A stretch of DNA of 32,000 nucleotides from Erysipelothrix larvae (GTDB lineage: Bacteria; Bacillota_I; Bacilli_A; Erysipelotrichales; Erysipelotrichaceae). A program made the position numbers and the translations under genes. The notes beneath the pieces are model-generated. The model was not told the origin of the DNA. It ran no database searches and saw only the letters and a program-made list of their open reading frames with translations. Within the stretch, counting starts at the first letter, position 1. Each line of letters begins with the position of its first letter. This document shows positions 9,520 to 18,756 of this stretch, piece after piece. The stretch covers positions 1,230,001 through 1,262,000 of the forward strand of contig NZ_CP013213.1 in assembly GCF_001545095.1 (NCBI RefSeq), written 5' to 3'.

Positions 9520-11037
9520 TTAAGAGCTCTTTCGCTTTAAGATTTGCCATACAACTTGTACTCTTAATGCTAACACAGCTACAAGATATACAACGACTGC
9601 AGCAATAATTGAGCCTAATACCGCAATACGTTGACTTCCTATCTGTGATTGAAGCAGTGGATTTACAAAGTATACTGTAACTCCCATTAATCCAGATGCA
9701 ATAAGAATTTTTGAGAAATCACTGCGTATTGGTTTTAGATTAAGAATTCCTAAATTTGTTTTTGCGTTCCAAATGAGGAAGAGCATCGATATAAACGAAG
9801 CAATCGATGTTGCCAATGCTAATCCACTTAATCCAAAAATGCTACCAAGTATAATACATCCTGTGATATTAAATACAATATAAATTACAGAACCAATGAG
9901 TGGTTTTTTCATATCTTGAAATGCATAATGGATGCGGGAGAATAAGTCTCTAATGGCCACAAAGAATATACCCACAACATATCCAATAAGAATGGTTGCG
10001 AGCATTTGGACATTTTGATCCGTGAACATATCATTGGTTGCATATACAAAGCGAACAATGTCTTCACTCATCAATAGCATTCCGACCATTGCTGGAAAAA
10101 CAAAGAGTGAGAGCATTAAAATTGCATCATTAATTGAATGAATGAGTCGATCCTGTTTCTTTTCAACGACAGCAGTTGTAATTGTTGGATAGGCAACGGA
10201 TAAGATACCATTTACAAAAAGACCCAACACAAATGATTGTAAGCGACTTGCATAGGTAATATATGTAAATGCACCTTCATCATAAATTGAGGTTGCATAA
10301 GAACGTGTGAACATATCATTCCCTGTTGATATTAATGCACTGATTAAGAGTGGAATTGATAAGGTAACCATTGTTTTTAAATGTTCATCATTAAAATCAA
10401 TAAATGGTTTATATTTAAATCCAACCTTACGCATTTGCATAAAGATAATAAGTCCTTGGAAAATGTAACTTGATAAAGCACCAACACCTAAAATCCATGT
10501 TTGACCTGTACGTGCTGCAAGAACTGTACAAATTAGAATAATAATATTTCCAGGTATTGCAATTAGGTTCGGGATTATAAAGCTTTGGTGGACATTGAGG
10601 TATCCTGTACCAATCTGTGCAATTGCCATCCCTACAATACTAAATGACATCAATCGAACAAAGGTAGTTGCAAGTGCTAATGTTTCTGGATTATTTCTAA
10701 AACCAGTCGCAGCTACTGAAACTAAGAACTCTGGTGCTAGTAAGAATAAGATTCCGACTACAAACGCTAAAAGATTTAAGATATTAAAAACGTTGTTTGC
10801 AAAGGTATTTGCGCGTTCTTTCCCTTCCCTTAATACACGTGAATACATCGGTATGAATCCAGTAACAAGTGTCGCGGTAATTACCGTAAACACCATAGAA
10901 GGTAATGAGTATGCAAATGTAAATGCATCACTTACCGACCCTACTCCAAACATAGTGGTAATCAGTGTATCTCTTAGAAAACCAAATATTTTGGCGATGA
11001 TTGTAACTATCATTACAATAATTGTTGTTTTCTTCAT
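9520..11037 (-). CDS. murJ: Lipid II flippase MurJ (MviN family)
   Basis: 505 aa polytopic membrane protein. N-terminus MKKTTIIVMIVTIIAKIFGFLRDTLITTMFGVGSVSDAF is typical of MurJ/MviN, and the length and roughly 14 TM pattern are consistent. Confidence 0.85.
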   Translation of the reverse strand: MKKTTIIVMIVTIIAKIFGFLRDTLITTMFGVGSVSDAFTFAYSLPSMVFTVITATLVTGFIPMYSRVLREGKERANTFANNVFNILNLLAFVVGILFLLAPEFLVSVAATGFRNNPETLALATTFVRLMSFSIVGMAIAQIGTGYLNVHQSFIIPNLIAIPGNIIILICTVLAARTGQTWILGVGALSSYIFQGLIIFMQMRKVGFKYKPFIDFNDEHLKTMVTLSIPLLISALISTGNDMFTRSYATSIYDEGAFTYITYASRLQSFVLGLFVNGILSVAYPTITTAVVEKKQDRLIHSINDAILMLSLFVFPAMVGMLLMSEDIVRFVYATNDMFTDQNVQMLATILIGYVVGIFFVAIRDLFSRIHYAFQDMKKPLIGSVIYIVFNITGCIILGSIFGLSGLALATSIASFISMLFLIWNAKTNLGILNLKPIRSDFSKILIASGLMGVTVYFVNPLLQSQIGSQRIAVLGSIIAAVVVYLVAVLALRVQVVWQILKRKSS

Positions 11038-11062
11038 TTATATAACCTCTTCTAGTTAACGC

Positions 11063-11944
11063 CTAAACGACACGCCACTCAAGCTCTAAATCAACATCAT
11101 ATTGATTTTTAACTCGAGTAATACATTCATCAATGACTTGTTTCATATCATTAACTGATGCGTTTCCAGTATTAACAATAAATCCAGGATGCTTTTCAGA
11201 AACCATTGCATCCCCCACCTTAAACCCTCTAAGATTTACACCATCAAAGAGTTTCCAAACAAATAACCAATTCCCGTCTTTATCTTTAGGGCGTTTAAAC
11301 ACAGAACCTGCGTTTGCAAAATTACGAGGTTGCTTAATATAACGTTCATGACGATATTCCAACATTTGATCTAAGATTTGGTTATAATCACCTTCAATAG
11401 CTTTTATACCGCATCGTAAAACATAAACCGGCATATCGTTTAATTTTGAATAACGATATGCAAAGAACTCATCATCAGGGATAATCGTCTCAACACAATC
11501 TGTTTCAGTGTTGTACACTTCAATCCAATTTACGTATTGACCAATAGCATATTGCCATTGACCTGCATTCATATACAATGCACCACCAATGGTTCCTGGG
11601 ATATCTTCACAAAATGACAATTCTCCCATGGACTGCTCACACGCAAACCATGCCATACGATGAAGGCGAGTTCCCGCTTCCATCACAAATTCTCCATTTT
11701 CAATTGAAATATCATTCAGTAATATTGTAATGATAAATACAGTGTTTTCATCATAGTAGTCTTGAGAGAAAAAAGTATTTGAACCATTTCCAATCAACAC
11801 AATTTTTTTTCCTTTAAAATCTCTTAATGCATCAACAAATCCTTCAACAGAGTGTGGTAAAACAACACAGTTTGCTTTTACATCAAGTCGCAATGTGTTG
11901 TAGCGTTTCATCGATGTTTCATTAAGAATAAAATAATCAGCCAT
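11063..11944 (-). CDS. murB: UDP-N-acetylenolpyruvoylglucosamine reductase MurB
   Basis: FAD-binding-domain motifs (VLIGNGSN, GGALYMNAG) and a C-terminal MurB block (NAGSVFKRP...GFIVN). AAAGGAG RBS lies 7 nt before the ATG at 11944 (MADYFIL...); the ORF-track start at 11962 is probably an upstream extension. Confidence 0.85.
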   Translation of the reverse strand: MADYFILNETSMKRYNTLRLDVKANCVVLPHSVEGFVDALRDFKGKKIVLIGNGSNTFFSQDYYDENTVFIITILLNDISIENGEFVMEAGTRLHRMAWFACEQSMGELSFCEDIPGTIGGALYMNAGQWQYAIGQYVNWIEVYNTETDCVETIIPDDEFFAYRYSKLNDMPVYVLRCGIKAIEGDYNQILDQMLEYRHERYIKQPRNFANAGSVFKRPKDKDGNWLFVWKLFDGVNLRGFKVGDAMVSEKHPGFIVNTGNASVNDMKQVIDECITRVKNQYDVDLELEWRVV

Positions 11945-11996
11945 AATAACTCCTTTGTACACTTAACCTGAGACTATATTACACGTTTCTCAAGTT

Positions 11997-12704
11997 TTAT
12001 TCAAGTTCCACAAAAATTTGTGGAAGGTCAGCCTGGGTCAAAATCGACACAGGTTTTTCATTTTGAAAACCTGTTTCAGTAACAATAATCGCAATCAATG
12101 CTTTTCCAGACTGATAAAGTTTATCATATATCTCAAGAACATCATAGTAGGTGTTGCTTGAACTCATAAAAACAATTCGTTCATCCTTGTTTTGATAACG
12201 CAATAAATCACGAACGGTGAGTTGATTTGTATCAAGAATACCCTTTGCGTGATTAACAAGTTCATTGAATAATCGTGCATGAATGCATCCAACATAGCGA
12301 TGATTATCATACACTGGGATTACTGAATACCCTGTTTTATTTTGAATTGATGCTACCTCTTTCAACGTTCCATCTATTTGAATTGTAATTACTTTTTTAT
12401 TTTTTAAATTCGCAAGCCGAGGTGGCGAAACAATCATTGCTTCAATTGCCTCAATTTTTTCAACAATATCCATGTGCGGTTGAGCAATAACCTCATCTTG
12501 TTGACCTACTCTGCTGTGCACAATTGCATTTCTCAATTGTGCCATTTCTTCTAGAAACACACGTTTTTCTTTGATATATGGATTAATTTTTGATGCTTGT
12601 TGCAACAAAACGGAAAATCGTTCATTGGATGTGTGCATCTGTCGTTTGAGTTCCATTTCAATTCTCACAAAGCTATTCAAAAAGCGTGTTGCATTATCTT
12701 CCAT
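11997..12704 (-). CDS. Two-domain protein: N-terminal HEPN-like helical domain (R-x4-H motif) fused to a CBS pair
   Basis: The preferred start is the ATG at 12704 (GGAG RBS 6 nt upstream; arrangement TAG-T-ATG with the LCP stop). The ORF-track start at 12728 is a TTG. N-terminal about 95 aa: ...FLNSFVRIEMELKRQ...FLEEMAQLRNAIVHS (R codon 12531-12533, H codon 12516-12518). C-terminal about 140 aa has CBS-pair character (...GYSVIPVYDNHRYVGCIHARLF...ALIAIIVTETG...VSILTQADL). Confidence 0.6.
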   Translation of the reverse strand: MEDNATRFLNSFVRIEMELKRQMHTSNERFSVLLQQASKINPYIKEKRVFLEEMAQLRNAIVHSRVGQQDEVIAQPHMDIVEKIEAIEAMIVSPPRLANLKNKKVITIQIDGTLKEVASIQNKTGYSVIPVYDNHRYVGCIHARLFNELVNHAKGILDTNQLTVRDLLRYQNKDERIVFMSSSNTYYDVLEIYDKLYQSGKALIAIIVTETGFQNEKPVSILTQADLPQIFVELE

Positions 12705-12705
12705 A

Positions 12706-14100
12706 CTATTCTCCACTATCTTGTCCAAGTAATACTTCAGAGATTCGCTGTGAAATATTTCTTACACTGTCCTCATCTGCCCAATAAACATAATATTTAT
12801 AGGTATCACCTTGACTATAAGTATACTGCATATCCCCTTTTCCTGATAAGGTAATTGACTCAAATGACCATGTTTCATCATTGTCTATTTGATGGGATAT
12901 CAATCGTGAGAAACTATCGTAACCAAAATCTGTATCCAGAACATTTAGGAAATTCGATAAATAAGTTGGGAGTGTTGAGATTTTGCTTGGATCAATCAGT
13001 TTTCTAAAGATTGCCTCTAACAATGCTTGATGATTTGCACCACGCGAAACATCACCATAAGGAATATGAGTGCGTTCACGCGCAAATGCAACCGCAGATT
13101 CGCCATCAACGGCGTTTAAGCCTTCACCATAGGTAAAACCAGAGTCGGTAGTAAAAGCATACTTACTATTCACTTCAACGCCACCTAAGCCGTCTACAAC
13201 GGTTTGGAGCGATGTGAAATTGACTCTTAAATAATAATTAATCTGAATATTAAGAAGCCCTTCAATAGACCCTATTGAGCAATCGACTCCATATAAGCCT
13301 GCATGTGTTAATTTGTCTTTGGCTTGATTACGACATGACAACTCAATGTAGGTATCTCTTGGAATCGAAACACTGAGGACTTTATTTGTGTTTGGATTAA
13401 TAATTAACAGTAAATTCAAATCACTGCGAGAGCGTGTGTTTGTACTTCCGTAAACATCAATCCCACTGACATAAACAACGTATGGGTCTTTTAATACGTC
13501 CACTTCAACGGTGGTATCTTCACGTTCAATAAGTTTTTCAAAACTTCCGGATACAATCGTACGGGTACTAAAGTCTGGGAACAATGCAGTCACTTCATTC
13601 ATAAAACGACTGTCTACCCAAATCGAGTTTACGTCGCGATCATACAATGCCAATACAAGACTGGATACGGTTTGATAATAATTAATCGAGGGATTCACAA
13701 TATCATTTTTTTGATATGCTTCAATAATATATTCATCACGCGTTTGTGCTTGCCCTATTTCACCATAAACAAAATCACCTTCAATAAAGGCCACTTCTCT
13801 TAGTGTAAACAATTGATAAGATACCTTTTCAGAATGAATTGGATTCATAATAGTCCCAAGCATATATTGTGTATAAAAAAGGAAACAAGCGACGACAACC
13901 ATCATCAGTGCACCCAATGTTCGAAGTGCAAATCGTTTGGTCACCAGTAACACAAACATCAAAAGCGCTAACGCTGCAAAAAAAGTAATTAAACGATAAC
14001 GCCAATTAAAATAGATGTTGTTATAAAGCGCGATACAAAGGAGTGTGAATGCACATCCTAAGATAACCCATTGTAACCATTTTTTCTTAATAACATCCAC
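12706..14100 (-). CDS. LCP (LytR-CpsA-Psr) family cell-wall glycopolymer ligase, with multi-TM N-terminus and an extra extracellular domain
   Basis: LCP core motifs: SRSDLNLLLIINPNTNKVLSVSIPRDTYIEL, INYYLRVNFTSLQTVVDGLGGVEV, ARERTH.PYGDVSRGANHQ. Three N-terminal hydrophobic segments. The start is a GTG at 14100; its position is uncertain because the GGAG sits very close to it. Confidence 0.8.
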   Translation of the reverse strand: MDVIKKKWLQWVILGCAFTLLCIALYNNIYFNWRYRLITFFAALALLMFVLLVTKRFALRTLGALMMVVVACFLFYTQYMLGTIMNPIHSEKVSYQLFTLREVAFIEGDFVYGEIGQAQTRDEYIIEAYQKNDIVNPSINYYQTVSSLVLALYDRDVNSIWVDSRFMNEVTALFPDFSTRTIVSGSFEKLIEREDTTVEVDVLKDPYVVYVSGIDVYGSTNTRSRSDLNLLLIINPNTNKVLSVSIPRDTYIELSCRNQAKDKLTHAGLYGVDCSIGSIEGLLNIQINYYLRVNFTSLQTVVDGLGGVEVNSKYAFTTDSGFTYGEGLNAVDGESAVAFARERTHIPYGDVSRGANHQALLEAIFRKLIDPSKISTLPTYLSNFLNVLDTDFGYDSFSRLISHQIDNDETWSFESITLSGKGDMQYTYSQGDTYKYYVYWADEDSVRNISQRISEVLLGQDSGE

Positions 14101-14133
14101 ACTCCTATCCCATTTTATCCCATAAAATCACAT

Positions 14134-14156
14134 AAAAAAATCTTGGTTTTCCAAGA
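14134..14156 (-). terminator. Rho-independent terminator immediately after rpmF
   Basis: Minus strand: TCTTGG-AAAA-CCAAGA followed by TTTTTTT, starting directly after the rpmF stop codon. Confidence 0.65.
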
Positions 14157-14297
14157 TTAATTTTCGCGATCAACGCGGTGTGGTAATTTGTATTCACCTG
14201 TTACTTTATCTTTTACCAAAGTAACTTTAGGTAATTTGTAATGTGTGCGTCGTTTTGCTTTACGGCTTTTAGACGTACGTCTTTGTGCTACTGCCAT
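14157..14297 (-). CDS. rpmF: 50S ribosomal protein L32 (46 aa; too short to appear in the supplied ORF track)
   Basis: Manual translation of the minus strand gives [46 protein letters not shown], the classic L32 N-terminus (MAVPQRRTSK..RK..RR.H). It sits directly downstream of yceD, as in most bacteria. GGAGGTG RBS upstream. Confidence 0.9.
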   Translation of the reverse strand: MAVAQRRTSKSRKAKRRTHYKLPKVTLVKDKVTGEYKLPHRVDREN

Positions 14298-14312
14298 GTG
14301 CTTTCACCTCCA

Positions 14313-14834
14313 TCAATCAAATTTAAAATCTTTAAGCTTCGCAAGTCGTGGATCAATTTCCTTACTCTTTTGTTCTAGATAATCTTCTTCCTTAAGAACA
14401 ACCCATCCATTACCTGATGGATATTCCTTTAAATCAGGGTGTACAACCTTGAGAGGTATCTCAACTAAAATCGCATCCCAAATATAAGGATCGAGATCAA
14501 GAACATCCGTGTCAACAACAATCACAGGATTGTCATCGTCTTCTTCGTCACGAACCTCTATTCCGAAGAGAAAGATTTCCGAAAGCGTTGCCTCTATTTC
14601 AATCTCTACAGGCTTCAAAGAAATTGCACATGGAATCTCAACAGTTGCTTCAATTGTACAATTGACAAAGAACTCATCGTTCTCACTGTTGAAAAAACCT
14701 GTACCTTCCACATAAACATCACGCAAATCAGTAAAACGATTATTCGGAACCATCTCTTGAAACGAATCCACCAAACCACTTATATCAATCCGTGATGAAG
14801 AATTTCTTTCAAGATCTTTAACTCTAAATTCCAT
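14313..14834 (-). CDS. yceD: YceD-family (DUF177) protein, large-subunit rRNA accumulation factor
   Basis: 173 aa acidic protein with the conserved position upstream of rpmF. The C-terminal DPR..KLK motif is typical of DUF177. Confidence 0.75.
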   Translation of the reverse strand: MEFRVKDLERNSSSRIDISGLVDSFQEMVPNNRFTDLRDVYVEGTGFFNSENDEFFVNCTIEATVEIPCAISLKPVEIEIEATLSEIFLFGIEVRDEEDDDNPVIVVDTDVLDLDPYIWDAILVEIPLKVVHPDLKEYPSGNGWVVLKEEDYLEQKSKEIDPRLAKLKDFKFD

Positions 14835-14861
14835 AATATCACCTTCACATTTTGCTATTTA

Positions 14862-14890
14862 ATTATAGAGAAATGATTTCTAAAAGTCAA
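14862..14890 (-). promoter_or_regulatory. Sigma-A type promoter for yceD-rpmF
   Basis: Minus strand: TTGACT (14885-14890), 17-nt spacer, TATAAT (14862-14867), about 25 nt upstream of the yceD RBS. Confidence 0.65.
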
Positions 14891-14904
14891 ATCATTTATG
14901 CACT

Positions 14905-14946
14905 TTATGAAACAAATGGGTAAACATAATTTTCAAGTTTACCCAT
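14905..14946 (-). terminator. Hairpin downstream of the M20 amidohydrolase gene (probable operon terminator)
   Basis: 10-bp perfect stem ATGGGTAAAC / GTTTACCCAT with an 11-nt loop, followed on the minus strand by TTGTTTC. The U-tract is weak. Confidence 0.45.
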
Positions 14947-15004
14947 CATGAATTATTTCTAACTTTTAAGTAATAATTAAACACAAATTATTAATCTGTA
15001 TTCT

Positions 15005-16195
15005 TCAGTTTCTACCTGATGCTTCACTTAAGAATTCATAAGCGAGCAGTGCCAATGCACTACTGCATGTTTCTAAGATTTCATCATTCCATTGAAACTG
15101 TGGATGATGGTGAATCGGTTCCGGTTTGCCATCTTCCCATATCCCAACAATAAAGTAAGATGCAGGAACTGCTTGACACACAAATGCAAAGTCTTCCGCT
15201 CCCAATGTTGGAAACTCTTGTTCAGAAACCCGCTTTTCACCAAAAAACGATGTCAACGTTCGTTGTGCAAAATCAGTCATCGCATCATCGTTAATGAGTG
15301 GTGGATATGATGGTAAGAAATTGAAATTATACTGTGCGCCATTCATCTCACATACATGTTGAATAATTTGTTCTAAGTAGGCTTGGACTTGTTCACGAGA
15401 GTCGGGATAGAGCGTACGAATCGTTCCACCAACTTTACAGCGTTCTGGTATGACATTTAGCCCCTCACCTGCATGAATTGTCGTAAACGATATCAGTGTT
15501 GGTTTAACGGGGTCTAAACGACGTGTAAGCATGAATTGTGCGTTTTGAATGATTTGAATTGCAACACTAATTGGATCAATGGTTTGTTCTGGTGAAGCAG
15601 CATGGCCGCCTCGCCCAATAATTTCGAGTTCGAATTCATCAGGGGCACCATACATTGCGCCGTGTTTCACTTGAATCAACCCATGTTGTAAATGACCGCC
15701 TAAATGAAGTCCAAAGGCTGCATCAACTTTTGGATTCTCCATAATCCCTTCATCGATCATCGGTTGGGCTCCCCCGTCCGTTTCCTCTGCAGGTTGGAAC
15801 ATAAACTTCACCGTTCCACACAAGTGTTCTTTCATTTCATTTAAAATATACACTGCTCCTAAAAGACCTGCTGTATGACCATCATGACCACACGCATGCA
15901 TAACGCCATCCACGGTCGATTTATAATCAACATCGGCAGTTTCAAGTATCGGTAAAGCATCCATATCGCCACGTAGTAATACTGTTTTTCCTGGCTTTGA
16001 ACCATGAATTTCAGCAAGAATGCCTGTTTCAGCTTTGATCGAATACGCTACACCTAAGCGTTGAAGTTCTGCAATTATCTTTGCTTGAGTTTCAAACTCC
16101 TGATGCGCAAGTTCAGGGTGGGCGTGTAAATCACGCCGCACCCTTTGAATGTCTGGTAAATACTGTTTTGCTAATGCTCTAATGTTATCATGCAT
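15005..16195 (-). CDS. M20D-family amidohydrolase (N-acyl-L-amino acid amidohydrolase / HipO-YxeP-DapL type)
   Basis: Motifs: RRDLHAHPELAHQE, LLRGDMDALP, MHACGHDGH, FQPAEE, GGHAASP. 396 aa. The start lies 4 nt after the stop of the ABC ATPase gene. Confidence 0.8.
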   Translation of the reverse strand: MHDNIRALAKQYLPDIQRVRRDLHAHPELAHQEFETQAKIIAELQRLGVAYSIKAETGILAEIHGSKPGKTVLLRGDMDALPILETADVDYKSTVDGVMHACGHDGHTAGLLGAVYILNEMKEHLCGTVKFMFQPAEETDGGAQPMIDEGIMENPKVDAAFGLHLGGHLQHGLIQVKHGAMYGAPDEFELEIIGRGGHAASPEQTIDPISVAIQIIQNAQFMLTRRLDPVKPTLISFTTIHAGEGLNVIPERCKVGGTIRTLYPDSREQVQAYLEQIIQHVCEMNGAQYNFNFLPSYPPLINDDAMTDFAQRTLTSFFGEKRVSEQEFPTLGAEDFAFVCQAVPASYFIVGIWEDGKPEPIHHHPQFQWNDEILETCSSALALLAYEFLSEASGRN

Positions 16196-16198
16196 TTA

Positions 16199-16939
16199 TT
16201 AATCCTCCCCTAAGTACCGTCCCAGGAACGCTTTGGTACGTTCCTCTTGTGGATTTTCAAAAATCTCTTGTGGTGTTCCTTTTTCTAAAACTACCCCATC
16301 ATTCATAAATACAACAGTATCGGATACATCACGTGCAAATGCCATTTCGTGTGTTACGACAATCATTGTAAAGTTTTCTTTGGTTAATGCTTTCATAACC
16401 GCAAGCACTTCGCCTACCATTTCTGGATCAAGCGAACTGGTTGGTTCATCAAATAACAAGACTTGTGGATTCATTGCAAGGGCACGCGCAATCGCTACAC
16501 GTTGCTTTTGCCCCCCAGATAACTGTGTGGAGTTTTTATTTGCAAAAGGTTCCATCCCCACTTTCGTCAATAAATCAATCGCAATTTTTTGTGCTTCCTC
16601 TGGGCTTCTTTTTAACACCAGTGTTTGTGGTAATACACAGTTTTCTAAGACTGATAGATTGTTGAAGAGGTTAAAGTTTTGAAACACAATTCCAATATTC
16701 GTATGCAAGTCTTGACCTGGTAAATCATGGATTGGTGTCCCTTTGTAATAAATCTCACCTTGTTCATATGTTTCAAGATCATTGAGGCATCGTAATAATG
16801 TACTTTTCCCAGACCCTGAGGCACCGATAATTGAAACGACTTCACCGTGATGAATGTCTAGGTTGATGCCTTTTAGTACTTCTTGTTGTCCAAATGCTTT
16901 GTATAAGTTTTCAATTCTAACAATTACTTCTCTTTCCAT
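16199..16939 (-). CDS. Polar amino-acid ABC transporter ATP-binding protein (GlnQ/ArtP-like)
   Basis: Walker [11 protein letters not shown]-loop, signature [15 protein letters not shown], Walker [13 protein letters not shown]-loop VTHEM. 246 aa. Confidence 0.9.
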   Translation of the reverse strand: MEREVIVRIENLYKAFGQQEVLKGINLDIHHGEVVSIIGASGSGKSTLLRCLNDLETYEQGEIYYKGTPIHDLPGQDLHTNIGIVFQNFNLFNNLSVLENCVLPQTLVLKRSPEEAQKIAIDLLTKVGMEPFANKNSTQLSGGQKQRVAIARALAMNPQVLLFDEPTSSLDPEMVGEVLAVMKALTKENFTMIVVTHEMAFARDVSDTVVFMNDGVVLEKGTPQEIFENPQEERTKAFLGRYLGED

Positions 16940-16956
16940 TGTTTATACCACCCTTC

Positions 16957-18504
16957 TTAATAATGAACACTCGATGATGTCGATGTTGGATAACTACTTG
17001 CTTTTGTTTTTGTCTTATCCATACGAAGTTCTACAAATCTTAGTAGGATCGTAAGAATGGTTGTAAGCACTAAATAAATGATACTTGTAATTGTAAACGT
17101 TTGGAACATTTTATAAGTTGTAGAAGCGATCCCATTGGATACAAAGAAGAGTTCAGTTACCGCAATAACATTCAACACAGATGTATCTTTGACATTTACA
17201 ATAAGCTCATTGCCTAATGCAGGAATAACATTTTTAATTGCTTGTGGCAAGATAATTTTTGTCATGGTTTGCCAACGTGTGAACCCAAGACTTTTCGCTG
17301 CTTCAAATTGACCGCTATCAATGGCTTGAATTCCTGAACGAATTGTTTCAGATAAATATGCTCCTGTATTAATACTTACAACAATAATCCCGGCAACAAT
17401 GTTTCCAAATGGTAAACTTGACCATCTAAATCCACTGAAGAAGAATGAAGCACCAAAGTAAATAACCATTGCTTGAACCATCATTGGCGTACCACGGAAA
17501 ATGGTAATATAAACATTCGCAATTGCATTGGTAACTTTTGTATTTCGTGTAATGGCAACAAACAAGGCGATTAAGAACCCTATTGCTGTTGCTGATAATG
17601 AAATGAACAGTGTAATTAAAGTCCCACGAACAAAGCTTTCTTTATTGTTTTGTAAGATTGACATCACAACTTCAAAGAAATTTCCTTCTGTTGCAAATTG
17701 TTGATTATTCGCTTGTTGCATCAAGGCGATTTGATCTTCAACTGGAATTTGTGCAAGTGCTGCGTTCACATCCGCTAATAATTCTGTGTTTTCTTTCGCA
17801 ATCCCTACGGATACTGATACCATATAATCTTCAATTGTAAATCCTTCATCACCATCGAGTAAGATGAATTTCAAGTCACTGTTTGATTGCGCGATTTGGT
17901 TTCCAGTAATACTATCCGAAACAAATCCATCCAATTCACCCGATTGAAGTGTGACAGTCATTGTCGCAAAGTCTTTGAGGTTTTCTACCTTTTGAATTCC
18001 TGTAAGTTGATCCAGTAAATCAACGTGGAAGGTTCCAATTTGTGCAGCAATACGTGCATTTTCAAATCCGTCGATGGAAGTCGAATTTGCAAGTGGACTC
18101 GCAGCGGAAACCACGACACCAAATCCAACATCTTCAGTATAGTAAGGATTTGAGAATGAGATTTCTTTTTTACGTTCAGTAGTTGGTGACATACCTGCAA
18201 TAATTGCATCAATCTGTCCTGTTTGGAGTGAAAGAATCAACCCTTCCCATGAAAGCTTTTTAATAACAAGCTCTTTCCCCATTATATCTGCAAGTCTGCG
18301 TGATATCTGTACATCATATCCTTCACAAAATTGACCCCCATCAATTTCAACATTTGTTTCTGTTGCACTTGATTCTGTCCAATTGTATGGCGCATATCCA
18401 CACTCCATCCCGACAACGAAGGTATCTTTATCTCCATCATCAACGCTTGAGCATCCTGTGATCAAAATCAGCATTGCGCCGATTATAAGCAATAACTTTC
18501 TCAT
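16957..18504 (-). CDS. Fused substrate-binding lipoprotein / permease of a polar amino-acid ABC importer
   Basis: The start is taken at MRKLLLIIGAMLILITGCSS (lipobox LITGC), 6 nt after GGGGA. The N-terminal about 270 aa form a type-3 SBP (GMSPTTERKKEISFSNPYY). The C-terminal half is a HisM/GlnP-type permease carrying the EAA motif (EAAKSLGFTRWQTMTKIILPQA). Confidence 0.85.
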   Translation of the reverse strand: MRKLLLIIGAMLILITGCSSVDDGDKDTFVVGMECGYAPYNWTESSATETNVEIDGGQFCEGYDVQISRRLADIMGKELVIKKLSWEGLILSLQTGQIDAIIAGMSPTTERKKEISFSNPYYTEDVGFGVVVSAASPLANSTSIDGFENARIAAQIGTFHVDLLDQLTGIQKVENLKDFATMTVTLQSGELDGFVSDSITGNQIAQSNSDLKFILLDGDEGFTIEDYMVSVSVGIAKENTELLADVNAALAQIPVEDQIALMQQANNQQFATEGNFFEVVMSILQNNKESFVRGTLITLFISLSATAIGFLIALFVAITRNTKVTNAIANVYITIFRGTPMMVQAMVIYFGASFFFSGFRWSSLPFGNIVAGIIVVSINTGAYLSETIRSGIQAIDSGQFEAAKSLGFTRWQTMTKIILPQAIKNVIPALGNELIVNVKDTSVLNVIAVTELFFVSNGIASTTYKMFQTFTITSIIYLVLTTILTILLRFVELRMDKTKTKASSYPTSTSSSVHY

Positions 18505-18544
18505 AAAAGTCCCCTTTTCTTTACTCATTGAATCATCAAGGCAA

Positions 18545-18575
18545 TAAAAAAACTTTAGCGGATGCGCTAAAGTTT
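18545..18575 (-). terminator. Leader (riboswitch expression-platform) terminator upstream of the ABC operon
   Basis: Minus strand: AAACTTTAGCG-CATC-CGCTAAAGTTT followed by TTTTT, about 40 nt before the start codon. The segment GCGCUA (in the putative P1 3' strand) can instead pair with UAGCGC in the 5' arm and loop of the terminator, forming an antiterminator. Confidence 0.7.
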
Positions 18576-18748
18576 AATGTCTACTAATAGCGCCAATCCA
18601 TCCCGGATTGAGTGATAGTGATTTTCTCTACTATCCCCATAGCATAAATATGTCTATTTACACTATTCGGCGGTGATTACCTTTCAAAAACGTCTTCGCA
18701 TACCTGCTCGATTTCATACTCTGATGCACCGCTACCTCTATATTCAAT
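18576..18748 (-). promoter_or_regulatory. Probable lysine riboswitch (L-box) aptamer
   Basis: The minus-strand leader carries the L-box landmarks in the correct order: AUAGAGGUAGCGGUG ... CAGAGUA ... UGAAAGG ... CACCGCCGAAUAG (GCGGUG pairs with CACCGC). A P3 hairpin follows (UAAAUA/UAUUUA), then AUGG; a P4 hairpin (GAUAGU/ACUAUC), then ACUCA; a P5 hairpin (AAUCC/GGAUU), then GGCGCUAU. It compares closely by eye with the B. subtilis lysC leader as I remember it. The P1 and J5/1 region is somewhat degenerate. Confidence 0.55.
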
Positions 18749-18756
18749 TTACAAGT

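Noticed and set aside
10595-11059. 154-aa plus-strand ORF inside murJ. Similar antisense ORFs occur at 16233-16682, 16441-16665, 22348-22853, 23610-24213, 26287-26703, 20629-21173, 28962-29174, 4211-4468 and elsewhere.
   Set aside because: These are shadow ORFs on the strand opposite well-supported conserved genes. They have low-complexity or odd composition, no RBS, and no recognisable motifs.
18576-18748. The ABC-operon leader might be a T-box rather than an L-box, since it precedes an amino-acid transporter and ends in a terminator.
   Set aside because: I could not find a match to the conserved T-box sequence (..GGGTGGTACCGCG..), a Stem-I specifier loop or an AG bulge. The ordered AGAGG / GAGUA / GAAAGG / GCCGAA / UGG landmarks fit the lysine riboswitch much better.
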